The position numbers and the translations under genes were made by a program. The notes under the pieces are model-generated. The model saw only the letters and a list, made by a program, of their open reading frames with translations, was not told the DNA's origin and searched no databases. Below, piece after piece: positions 12,336-24,530 of a stretch of 64,000 nt of DNA; position 1 is the first letter of the stretch, and every line of letters begins with the position of its first letter. The stretch lies in NCBI GenBank assembly GCA_002269645.1, contig NIVC01001757.1:62001-126000 (forward strand), written 5' to 3'. The DNA is from Macrostomum lignano. Taxonomy: Eukaryota.

Positions 12336-13515
12336 TCCGAAAGCATAAAAAACCTGCTTGAGTTTTTCCAACCACGTCTACGGAAACCAACAACCTTTTC
12401 TCATTTCAAATTCATTTTCAGTTATATCAAGGACATACCAACAATCTATACTGCAAGCATGGACACTTGAACTTGTATCCTTCCTAATAACTCAGACTAA
12501 CAGTTTAAACAAAATGCAGCAACTGGAGTCGTAATTGATCGATTGTTCTTTGTTCTTCCTCAATTTTTAACACATCAAATACATGTGGTCAGTGCTGTTG
12601 CTGCAATCGCAGTTTTATTGAATATGTAATGTAATGTAAATTATCTATTTATTTTCGATCTTGTATTAAAACTAAGTTTGAAACACTCATATGCGCTCCA
12701 GCTCCGTGTAAATTTTTTTGAAGTTCGTATATTAGAACTGCATTATTTATTAGAGGTATTGTTTTTCCTATGCTTTTTGTTGTATTAGAACAAATATTCA
12801 TAACAGAGTGACTTTGACCTGGTCATTATAAATACACGTGAAGATTTTGCGCTGGTTTTAAGCTATATATTATAATATTCCTTAATTACTGCACTCTAGC
12901 AATAAACTAATTTGGGTGTTTTAATCTAATACCTAAACCTCCTACCCAAGCGAAAATGAGTGTCCAGTGCAATGCATAGATTTAAAACAGAAACAAGTTT
13001 AGGTAATTCTGTTAAAAATTGATGCGTTTATTATGTACGCTTATTAGATTAAGATTAGACTCGTGCAAGTGTAAGACTTAAGTGTCATGAGGAGGGCAAT
13101 CGGCATCTTATGTTATATTAAATTACATTGATTTGGTCTGGAATGTACAATGAGGGGGCGGGGAGTTTCTCTCAGCTCATACTCTCTCTCCTCTCTCTCT
13201 CTCTTCTCTCTACCTCTCTCGTATTGGACCACTTCAGTTTTCGTTCACTGCTGGTCGATGCCCGCTGTACAAAGTCGCGCTAGTGTACATAGGGTTTGAA
13301 ATGTACATTCCCCCGTCCCCGAGGGGTACGAGAGGCCGGGGAAAGGAAAATTAAAGGGTCTTGAGAGATTTGAGGGGCAGGCGGACTGTCTGGCGGACTG
13401 ACTGGCGAGCGCGCTGGGGCTGAAAGTCTACCCTAAAAGGAGGGGGGCAATAAACTGCCATCCGCTTTGGCTTTGGCGACAGAGGCTTTTTTACGGCGCG
13501 CACTGCTGCTCCTAT

Positions 13516-13522
13516 TATAAAA
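13516..13522 (+). promoter_or_regulatory. Candidate TATA box of the p38 gene
   Basis: TATAAAA about 160 bp upstream of ATG 13683, downstream of a GC-rich block (13150-13500). Confidence 0.4.
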
Positions 13523-13682
13523 GAAAGAAGAAAGAGATCGGATTGATGGTTTTTTAAAGCCAGTCGTCTACACTATTATAGCATTGTTAGCAGTCAGCAC
13601 AGAAGATTGCAAGTGTACACTACTGGCGTTAGCGACTAAATAAAGGGAACTTTGTTTCTGATTTCAAGTTTCGCCCAGCAGC

Positions 13683-16600
13683 ATGGCAGAGCCAGCAGCA
13701 GCAGCGGCGGTTGGCGGAGTCTCCCCAGGACCTGTAAAGTATCCGCCTAGCGAATATTATCGGGTAAGTTTAGTTCCATATTTCTACACTTAAAAGCTAA
13801 CAAGGCATGGCTATATCCAAATACGAGCATAGTTACTCCCGCCGTTTACCTTTACCTTACTTTAGCCTTCATAACTTAATTCAATAGGTCAAGTTGATGC
13901 AAACAGTATTCGAAGTGCCGAAGCGTTATACTGACTTAACCTACCACGGATCTGGCGCGTTCAGCTCCGTTGCTAAAGCCATGGACACTGTCCTGCAGCG
14001 TCGAGTTGCAATTAAAAAGCTTAGCAAACCGTTCTACGATCCCGAATATGCTAAGCGAACTTATCGCGAAATGTACATGCTAGCCTATATGGATCATCCT
14101 AATATAATCTGCCTAATCGATGTCTATTCGCCTCAGCTGGGCCACGGCGATCTCAGAGAGGTCTATCTAGTCACGCCGTGGATGGACGCCGATCTCAAAA
14201 GTGTACTCAAACAGTATAACAAACTTAGCGAAGAACACGTCAGATTTTTTGCCTACCAGATGCTGCTGGCCATCCGATACCTGCACTCGGTTGGGATTCT
14301 GCACAGAGATATCAAGCCACCTAATCTGGCCATCACTGAGGACAACGATTTCAAAATATTAGACTTCGGATTGGCTAGAAAGTTGGAAGAACAATTAACT
14401 GGTTACGTAGTTACCAGGTGAGTGGGTGACTGTGGATTAGCGAATTTCTTAGGCTTAGACCCAAGCTTCATTTCTATTAGCACGCCTTCCCTGAGAACTT
14501 CAGGATCCCACAACTCTCTCTGACTGAAACCCTCGGCCCTTCCATGAAACCCTTAGGATCCCACACCCTTCCGTGAAACCCTTAGGATCCCACACCCTTC
14601 CATGAAACCCTCCGGATCCCACACCCTTCCATGAAACTTTCAGGATCCCACACCCTTCCATGAAACCCTCCGGATCCCACACCCATGAAACTTTCAGGAT
14701 CCCACACCCTTCCATGAAACCCTCCGGATCCCACACCCATGAAACTTTCAGGATCCCACATCCTTCCATGAAACCCTCAAGATCCCATACCCTCATACAT
14801 GCGCAACAGTCGGCCGAGTCGGCCGATCCGGCCGACCGATTTGGCAGCCAACCAAGGAAGTCGCAAAAATGCCATCCCGAAAAAATAACCAAGAAGTAGT
14901 ACTAAGTAGCTGACGAGGCATTTCGGCTTAATAAGGCAGTCATAGTTACTCCTACCGTTTACCCAAAGTTGCGTTAATTCTGCTTTAGGGTTTTTTACAT
15001 GTAAGTCGCATTTTTGGCCAAAAACTACGTCGCATTTTTGTTAAAACTAAGTCGCATGGCCGACCGAATTTCGGAGGTTGCGCATGTATGCATACCCTCC
15101 CTGAAACCTTCAGGATCCCACACCCCTCACTGAACCTTCAGGATCCCACACCCCTCCCTGAAATCTTCAGGATCCCACAACCCTCCCTGAAACCTTCAGG
15201 ATCCCACAACCCTCCCTGAAACCTTCAGGATCCCATTCCCCTCCCTGAAACCTTCAGGATCCCACAACCCTCCCTGAAACCTTCAGGATCCCACACCTCT
15301 CACTGAAACCTTCAGGATCCCATTCCCCTCCCTGAAATCTTCAGGATCCCATTCCCCTCCCTGAAACCTTCAGGATCCCATTCCCCTCCCTGAAACCTTC
15401 AGGATCCCACACCCCTCACTAAAACCTCAATATTCCCAACGCATTCCCATACGCAACCATGAACCCGATCCTCACGCCAGGTGGTACCGCAGCCCGGAGG
15501 TGCTGTTGAACTGGGAGCACTACGGCCTTCCAGTGGACATGTGGGCCGCTGGCTGCGTCATCGGCGAGATGCTGCTCGGCAAGCCGCTGTTCCCCGGCGA
15601 AGACGCTCCCAGCCTAATCCTGTTCATGTGCCGCCGGTTGGGCAAGCCGTCCGAGGAGATGATGGCCAAAATCCAGAGCCCATCGGCTGCTCAGTTTATC
15701 AGAGATTTGGAAGTCGGCGAAGTGGCTGCCTTTGAGGTTTGAAGCAGCTAGGGATTTTGGGAATACTCTGGTATTAAATTACTTGGGATTTTGATCCTCA
15801 AATGGGATTGTAGGTCGGGATCTTGATCCTCAGATGGGATTGTAGGTCGGGATCTTGATCCTCAGATGGGATTGTAGGTTGGGATCTTGATTTCAGATGG
15901 GATTGTAGGTTGGGATCTTGATCCTCAGATGGGATTGTAGGTTGGGATCTTGATCCTCAGATGGGATTGTAGGTTGGGATCTTGATCCTCAAATGGGATT
16001 GTAGGTTGGGATCTTGATTCTCAGATGGGATTGTAGGTTGGGATCTTGATCCTCAGATGGGATTGTAGGTTGGGATCTTGATCCTCAGATGGGATTGTAG
16101 GTTGGGATCTTGCTTGATCTTCAGATGGGATTGTAGGTTGGGATCTTGATCCTCAGATGGGATTGTAGGTTGGGATCTTGATCCTCAGATGGGATTGTAG
16201 GTTGGGATCTTGATCCTCAGATGGGATTGTAGGTTGGGATCTTGAATCTCAGACGGGATTGTAGGTTGGGATCTTGCTTGATCTACAGATGGGATTGTAG
16301 GTTGGGATCTTGATCCTCAGATGGGATTGTAGGTTGGGATCTTGAATCTCAGATGGGATTGTAGGTTGGGATCTTGATTCTCAGATGGAATTGTAGGTTG
16401 GGATCTTGATCCTCAGATGGGATTGTAGGTTGGGATCTTGATCCTAAAATGGGATTGTAGGTTGGGATCTTGATTCTCAGATGGGATTGTAGGTTGGGAT
16501 CTTGATCCTTAGATGGGATTGTAGGTTGGGATCTTGATCCTTAGATGGGATTGTAGGTTGGGATCTTGATCCTCAGATGGGATTGTAGGTTGGGATCTTG

Positions 16601-17932
16601 AATCTCAGATGGGATTGTAGGTTGGGATCTTGATTTCAGATGGGATTGTAGGTTGGGATCTTGATCCTCAGATGGGATTGTAGGTTGGGATCTTGATCCT
16701 CAGATGGGATTGTAGGTTGGGATCTTGATCCTCAGATGGGATTGTAGGTTGGGATCTTGATTCTCAGATGGGATTGTAGGTTGGGATCTTGATTCTCAGA
16801 TGGGATTGTAGGTTGAGATCTTGATCCTCAGATGGGATTGTAGGTTGGGATCTTGATCCTCAGATGGGATTGTAGGTTGGGATCTTGCTTGATCTTCAGA
16901 TGGGATTGTAGGTTGGGATCTTGAATCTCAGATGGGATTGTAGGTTGGGATCTTGATCCTCAGATGGGATTGTAGGTTGGGATCTTGATTCTCAGATGGG
17001 ATTGTAGGTTGAGATCTTGATCCTCAGATGGGATTGTAGGTTGGGATCTTGATTCTCAGATGGGATTGTAGGTTGAGATCTTGCTTGATCTTCAGATGGG
17101 ATTGTAGGTTGGGATCTTGAATCTCAGATGGGATTGTAGGTTGGGATCTTGATCCTCAGATGGGATTGTAGGTTGGGATCTTGATCCTCAGATGGGATTG
17201 TAGGTTGGGATCTTGATTCTCAGATGGGATTGTAGGTTGGGATCTTGATTCTCAGATGGAATTGTAGGTTGGGATCTTGATCCTCAGATGGGATTGTAGG
17301 TTGGGATCTTGATCCTCAGATGGGATTGTAGGTTGGGATCTTGATTCTCAGATGGGATTGTAGGTTGGGATCTTGATCCTCAGATGGGATTGTAGGTTGG
17401 GATCTTGCTTGATCCTCAGATGGGATTGTAGGTTGGGATCTTGCTTGATCCTCAGATGGGATGTGATCTTGACTCTCAGATGGGAGTTTTAGGAATCGGA
17501 TTCTCATAAAGGAGTTTCTAAGAAATAAGATTCTTGAATTGGGATTTATAGGAATCAGATTCTTATATAGGAATTTATTGCAAAATCAGATCCATAACTG
17601 GATTTCTATAAACGACAATCCACCCCTCCCCAATGCAGGACCTGTTCCCCGAGGCCAGCGACGGCATGATCGAGCTGCTGCGCCGCCTGCTTCAGTTCGA
17701 CCCGGATCGTCGAGCCACAGCCGATGAGGCCCTCCAGCTTCCCATATTCGCCGAGTTTGCCAGCGAAACAGCCAAGCCGAGAAATCTGCCGCGCGAACCG
17801 TTGAACTGCGACTTTGAGGGGCAGAACTACGGAGTGGCCGATTGGAAGCGCTTGGTTGAGGCGTTCATGGGCAGCTTCACGCCTAAGCTGTCGTCGTTAA
17901 GCGCTGACGCCTCGGACGATGAGGAGGCTTGA
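13683..17932 (+). CDS. p38: p38-family MAP kinase (divergent), 4 exons, 386 aa
   Basis: Exons 13683-13763, 13888-14417, 15481-15736, 17639-17932 (1161 nt open); EVPKRY, VAIKKLSKPF, HRDIKPPNLAI, DFGLAR, TGY activation motif, WYRSPE, LLQFDPDRR. Confidence 0.95.
13789..13850 (-). other. Degenerate fragment of 28S rRNA (H69-H71 region) in p38 intron 1
   Basis: Minus strand 13850-13828 = GGTAAACGGCGGGAGTAACTATG, 23/23 to the conserved eukaryotic LSU sequence as recalled; weaker match TAGCCA..TGCCT.GT.A.CT continues to 13789. Confidence 0.75.
14500..15425. repeat. ~29-bp minisatellite (TGAAACCTTCAGGATCCCACACCCCTCCC) in p38 intron 2, split by a MITE
   Basis: Read directly on both sides of 14794-15090. 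Confidence 0.93.
14794..15090. mobile_element. hAT-type MITE (297 bp) carrying a 28S rRNA fragment
   Basis: Perfect 14-bp TIRs CATACATGCGCAAC / GTTGCGCATGTATG; perfect 8-bp TSD CATACCCT (14786-14793, 15091-15098); rRNA-like segment 14902-14964. Confidence 0.9.
15790..17480. repeat. 32-bp minisatellite (GATGGGATTGTAGGTTGGGATCTTGATCCTCA), about 50 copies, p38 intron 3
   Basis: Read directly. Confidence 0.97.
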
Positions 17933-18059
17933 TGAGAGTAGGGGGGGTTGACTTTTTCGCGATTAGAAATGGCTAATAGAGCTTGGAAAAGAAGATTTTC
18001 AGCAGAAAAAAGCATTAGTTATCCCTGATATCAAGCGTGCAAACTTCCTCTTGAGCCTT

Positions 18060-18872
18060 GGCATCTCAGAAATTCCCCCTTAGTATCTCAGAGATTCCCC
18101 ACTTAGCATCTCAGCAATTCCACCTTTGTATCTCAGAGATTCCCCAGTTAGCATCTCAGAGATTCCCCACTTAGCATCCAGAGATTCCCCACTTAGCATC
18201 TCAGCAATTCCACCTTTGTATCTCAGAGATCCCCTAGTTAGCATCTCAGAGATTCCCCACTTAGTATCTCAGCAATCTCAGCAATTCCACCTTTGTATCT
18301 CAGAGATTCCTCTTTAGCATCTCGGTTATTCCCCCTTAGCATCTCAGAGATTCCCCTTAGCATCTCAGAGATTCCCCACTTAGCATCTCATCAATTCCAC
18401 CTTAGCATCTCAGCAATCCCCCCTTAGCATCTCAAAAATTCCTCCTTAGCATCTCAGTGATTCCCCTTAGCATCTCAAAGATTCCCCACTTAGCATCTCA
18501 TCAATTCCACCTTAGCATCTCAGCAATTCCCCTTTAGCATCTCAGCAATTCCCATTTAGCATCTCAGCAATTCCCCCTTAGCATCTCAGCAATTCCCCTT
18601 TAGCATCTCAGCAATTCCACCTTAAAATCCCAGCAATTCCCCCTTAGCATCTCAGCAATTCCCCCTTAGCATCTCAGAGATACCCCCTTAGCATCTCAGA
18701 GATACCCCCTTAGCATCTCAGCAATTCCACCTTAAAATCCCAGCAATTCCCCCTTAGCATCTCAGCAATTCCCCCTTAGCATCTCAGAGATACCCCCTTA
18801 GCATCTCAGCAATTCCCCTTAGCATCTCAGAGATACCCCCTTAGCATCTCAGCAATTCCCCTTAGCATCTCA
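18060..18872. repeat. ~22-bp minisatellite (AGCATCTCAGCAATTCCCCCTT) downstream of the p38 stop
   Basis: Read directly. Confidence 0.93.
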
Positions 18873-19547
18873 GAATACTAAAAATCAAGATTTTGTTTTT
18901 AAATCGTTTTCTGCTGAAAAATTACAAACTGGGACAGATATTATAGTAAATTATATGTATATATATACATAAGTTAAGGTATTGTATTTGTGTATATTTA
19001 AAGTGTTGTGATACTTCACTTATTTAAAAACACAGTCTTCATTAACCAAGGATGGCTTGATAAAGAAATGCCTATAAAAGGCGTGTGTTATTTGAATATA
19101 ATATTGGATCGTATTATTAGTATTAATATTATTATTAACTATTTTATGAATCCTACAGACTCACTTGCCGTCTCAATGTTTCCCTATCCAAATACATCAC
19201 CTAACCGCTGTTACTTGAACAGTAGTAATGTAGCATATTGCGACTAATTTTTCGTAGCAAAATATCATAAACGTTACTTCTAAACTAATTATTACTAAGT
19301 AGTAAGTAGTATCAGCAACATTAATTCCAATTTCAAATTGATATATATATGTATATACTAGCAATAAAAGTACGTTTAGTTTGTTTAATCTCTTCTTTTG
19401 CTACTAGATCAATATGATATCCGTCTTTCTTTAATCCACCATTCTATAGGCGCACTCGAGAGATTATCTCTGTTTAGTTTGCCCAATAATTTGTCCACCT
19501 TTATCTTCTGTATGTGTTCATGTAGCAATTGCTTTACTGTCTGTGGG

Positions 19548-19878
19548 GATTAGCTTATGTGGGATCAGCATGGCTATGAGTGGGGATTAGCTTGTGTGGG
19601 ATCAGCATGGCTATGAGTGGGGATTAGCTTGTGTGGGATCAGCATGGCTATGAGTGGGGATTAGCTTGTGTGGGATCAGCATGGCTATGAGTGGGGATTA
19701 GCTTGTGTGGGATCAGCATGGCTATGAGTGGGGATTAGCTTGTGTGGGATCAGCATGGCTATGAATGGGATTAGCTTATGTGGGATCAGCATGGCTATGA
19801 GTGGGGATTAGGTTGTGTGGGATCAGCATGGCTATGAATGGGGATTAGCTTATGCGGGATCAGCATGGCTATGAATGA
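19548..19878. repeat. 37-bp minisatellite (GGGATTAGCTTGTGTGGGATCAGCATGGCTATGAGTG)
   Basis: About 9 copies read directly. Confidence 0.95.
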
Positions 19879-21489
19879 GGATAAGCAAATTGGGATTATT
19901 GAGGCCATGAATATTTCTGAGTTTCTAGGATTTTGTAGTTCTGAAATCTGGACGTAATTTTAGGTTAAAAGTTTGTACTTCTGTTGAATTTACTAATTTT
20001 TAATTTTCTCTAGTGCTTTATCGCTTTTAGAATCTCCGTTACGCACACTTCTAGAAGAAGAAGACTAAGATCCAACTAACCCTGTTATTTTGGCGCTTTT
20101 GCTTCGAGTTTGCTGCAGCCGTCTCAGAGGCGTACACTCGCTCTGAAATGTACTGATAGTAGTCAGTGTATCTTTGATTGGCGGATAGGCCATTAAAAAC
20201 ACGATCGTTGTGTCTATATTTTACTAGCGATTACCAGTAGTATCTGCTTAGGTACAGTAATTTTTATAGTCAATTGTAAGCATTGTGAACTGCTCTCTTC
20301 TCTTCATAGGAATTCCTGATTCTGCATCATTTGGCGATTTCAAAAAAAATTAAGAATAATTTAATCCTATTTGAATTCTCATAACATTTATTGTTATTGC
20401 AGATAGTTATTTTGTAATAAACGTATTCCGCATTAAATTTAATTATTTTTGCTTTACAAACTACTAACAGTTAGAATCAGTAGTACGCTGTCCTCACTTT
20501 TTTCATTTAAACCAATTACCTATATTGAATGATAAATATACGTGACATGTGCGCGGCTTCCTCAATTAGAGTACACAAAGTAAACAGCTATTTCGCAGCC
20601 AATTTCATTTCCACATTTAGGAGAAGTGAACAGAATTGCTTACTTAGCCAGAGTTTTCGAGCTTGAGAAGTTTCGATGTGTTTGTAAATTTTGGAGCTCA
20701 AGAATTCCGATCATGTGAAGTTAATTCGATCATGTGAAGTTAATAACTCGATCATGTGAAGTTAACTCGATCACGTGAAGTCAATTCGATCACGTGAAGT
20801 TTCGATCATGTTCAGTTTCGAGGCTATAAAAGATTTTGCCTATTAACGATTTAATGTGACATAAATGTGCCACAATATGCATGTAATTAGCATACTTTTG
20901 CTTTTCTTACTATTACGGTAAGTAGTATTTGGAGGAAATGATAAACTATGGCAGTATCAGTTGTGATCTGGGCGTGCATAATATGAGTCAGTTGGATTTT
21001 CTTACACTGTTAACCGTGTTACATGTATGTCTCATCGCTTTGTTCTTATATTAGCAAATGTGCAATAACAGCCATTGCAGTATTTTATTGAGTTATATGC
21101 TTGCTGAAACTACTGAATGGCAGGAATATAACCGGCCCTGCAGCAGCGAATGCAATGACACACGCGGTGGGCAGGCTCCAACTAAATGGGATCTAAACAG
21201 GTGTCGGGGACTCGAGTACTCGACGGAAGAAGTGCAGCGAAATCCCCCCCGCCCAACATGCACACAGGGGCTGCACGTGGGAACCCCTGGCCTGGACCGA
21301 CACAGTCAAAATGAACTGTATTTATACAGTGGCAGATAAAACAGCGCACGAATGTATTGGGGTACATGTACGTGACGTCACTGAGCTGCGTGTAATGTAG
21401 TGCTACACATGAATACGAGAGCTTATTAAGAATAGGAATATTTTCTGGCCTTAAACTGCTTAATCCAAATGAAAACAAATGCAGTCCAA

Positions 21490-22570
21490 CCAACTGAGGA
21501 TCTGGGAGGCTGACTACCCTGTCCCTATCAACTGAGGATCTGGGAGTCTGACTGCCCTACAAACTAAGGATCTGGGAGGCTGACTGCCCTACCAACTAAG
21601 GATCTGGGAGGCTGACTACCCTGTCCCTATCAACTGAGGATCTGGGAGGCTGACTGCCCTACCAACTAAGGATCTGGGAGGCTGACTACCCTGTCCCTAT
21701 CAACTGAGGATCTGGGAGTCTGACTGCCCTACAAACTAAGGATCTGGGAGGCTGACTGCCCTACCAACTAAGGATCTGGGAGGCTGACTACCCTGTCCCT
21801 ATCAACTGAGGATCTGGGAGGCTGACTGCCCTACCAACTAAGGATCTGGGAGGCTGACTACCCTGTCCCTATCAACTGAGGATCTGGGAGGCTGACTGCC
21901 CTACCAACTAAGGATCTGGGAGGCTGACTGCCCTACCAACTGAGGATCTGGGAAGCTGACTACCCTGTCCCTATCAACTAAGGATCTGGGAGGCTGACTA
22001 CCCTGTCCCTATCAACTGAGGATCTGGGAGGCTGACTGCCCTACCAACTAAGGATCTGGGAGGCTGACTACCCTGTCCCTATCAACTGAGGATCTGGGAG
22101 TCTGACTGCCCTACAAACTAAGGATCTGGGAGGCTGACTACCCTGTCCCTATCAACTGAGGATCTGGGAGGCTGACTGCCCTACCAACTAAGGATCTGGG
22201 AGACTGACTGCCCTAGCAACTGAGGATCTGGGAGGTTGACTACCCTGTCCCTATCAACTGAGGATCTGGGAGGCTGACTGCCCTACCAACTAAGGATCTG
22301 GGAGACTGACTGCCCTAGCAACTGAGGATCTGGGAGGCCGTCACAGAAACTAAGGATCTGGGAGGCTGACTACCCTAGCAACTGAGGATCTGGGAGGCCG
22401 TCACAGAAACTAAGGATCTGGGAGGCTGACTACCCTAGCAACTGAGGATCTGGGAGGCCGTCACAGAAACTAAGGATCTGGGAGGCTGACTACCCTAGCA
22501 ACTGAGGATCTGGGAGGCCGTCACAGAAACTAAGGATCTGGGAGGCTGGCCCAGCAAACTGGGAGGCTGG
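21490..22570. repeat. Compound minisatellite (ACTGAGGATCTGGGAGGCTGACT... with variable tails)
   Basis: Read directly; core shared with 49060-49435. Confidence 0.95.
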
Positions 22571-23669
22571 TAAATGAAAAGCCAGTAAGGCGCTAACACA
22601 GTTAGGTTTGTAGTAAAAAAAAGCGACGAGCCGAACGTCCGTTCAGAGCCGATGCGAGTTTATTTGTGCATAAACATGTACAATGTATTTTGTATGCATT
22701 TATATATTTTATAATTAAAAACTGAGCGACAGGAAATGATGGCTAAGACTATATTTGCTTTGCAATTTTTTACTTTACCTGCAGTTGACTATAAAACTGA
22801 ATGGACAAAACTATGCTCGTGTATTGATGGGGAAGCGCACAGCCTCACCCTACTCACATAGCTTATGAGTATCAATATCATAGACCTAATTGTACTTTTC
22901 TGTTTATAAAGTACAGGCCAAACCTAAGCTAATTGTATATGAAATTCAAACAGCGCAATAGAGACAGTTTTGACAAACAAAAAAGTAAACAAACAAACAA
23001 ACAAAAACAAAGAAACAGACAAAATCGAAAACGAATGAAAATAAAAAAAATAGGTTAATTCGCGACAGTTGACGGCATAGCTAATAAGAGTTGGGGATTT
23101 GACGCAATTATTGGACAAGACAAGCTGCAGCAGACAGACTTCATCAGTTTTTTTACGATGAACAAGACCGATAGAAATGAAACATGGGTTCGATAGCAAC
23201 AGAAACTGACGCATAAACACACAAATTTTATAAATGCCAAATCGCGTAAACACAAACGGCAGGTTAATATATGAAAATACCAATAGTAGTATAGTAGAGA
23301 AAATGTCGACAATCGCAAAATAGTTCAGCATGTACTTTTGTTGCGTACATTAAAATTAAAAAAGTCAATTATTAAATAACTATAACTTTAAATGTTATCT
23401 GGGTGCGCCCAGCTGGATGGCCCATTAATTTTATAACGGTCTCCCTCCGTACAGGAAAAATGGATTAACGCGTGAATTTGGGAGTTAAAAAATTGTGCTT
23501 TTTCTAAACAAGAGAAGTGGGCTTTTTTGGGTGTTGCAAAAACGACAATGTGATGAGCGCGAGACATGAGAGAGACGAGACGGGTTGAAATCAGAAAAAT
23601 GCGACAACTTTTCTTTAATCCTCTTCTCTAATCCCCTGATGACACATTCTAGATATTTTAGAGGATTCT

Positions 23670-24300
23670 AGGGCTGTGTGGGTGTGGGATCTCAAGATCG
23701 AGTATGGGATTCTGGGGCTGTATGTGGGGTCTTAAGAGTATGGGATCTCAAGAGCATGGGATTCTAGGGTTGAGTGTGTGTGGGATCTCAAGAGTATGGG
23801 ATTCTAGGGTTGAGTGTGTGTGTGGGATCTCAAGAGCATGGGATTCTAGGGTTGAGTGTGTGTGGGATCTCAAGAGTATGGGATTCTAGGGTTGAGTGTG
23901 TGTGTGGGATCTCAAGAGTATGGGATTCTAGGGTTGAGTGTGTGTGTGGGATCTCAAGAGTATGGGATTCTAGGGTTGAGTGTGTGTGGGATCTCAAGAG
24001 TATGGGATTCTAGGGTTGAGTGTGTGTGTGGGATCTCAAGAGTATGGGATTCTAGGGTTGAGTGTGTGTGTGGGATCTCAAGAGTATGGGATTCTAGGGT
24101 TGAGTGTGTGTGTGGGATCTCAAGAGTATGGGATTCTAGGGTTGAGTGTGTGGGATCTCAAGAGTATGGGATTCTAGGGTTGAGTGTGTGTGTGGGATCT
24201 CAAGAGTATGGGATTCTAGGGTTGAGTGTGTGTGTGGGATCTCAAGAGTATGGGATTCTAGGGCTGAGTGTGTGTGTGGGATCCCAAGAGTATGGGAATT
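23670..24300. repeat. 38-42-bp minisatellite (GGGATCTCAAGAGTATGGGATTCTAGGGTTGAGT(GT)n) just 3' of the Delta stop
   Basis: Read directly. Confidence 0.95.
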
Positions 24301-24530
24301 GCGATTGTAGGAGTAATTGTAGGAGTGTGGAATCATAAGGCAATGAAACTGGGATCCCAATGGGATAACAACATATCATAGTGTGATACAGTAAATCAAC
24401 TGTTGGGACAATTCAACGCGAGTTACGCACGCGATTGCAAATTAATGTGGAATTGTGTTGCAATTGCCTGGCTGGCTGGCCAGAGTGAATGAATGGAACA
24501 GTTGGTGCAGAACAGGCGCCAGACTCTAGC

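Noticed and set aside
13789-14964. rRNA-antisense segments as box C/D snoRNAs or as rRNA genes
   Set aside because: No RUGAUGA/CUGA boxes placed around the antisense stretch, and the fragments are only about 60 nt.
21276-21283. CSL/Su(H) site CGTGGGAA downstream of Delta
   Set aside because: A single 8-mer is expected about twice by chance in 64 kb on both strands; no paired site.
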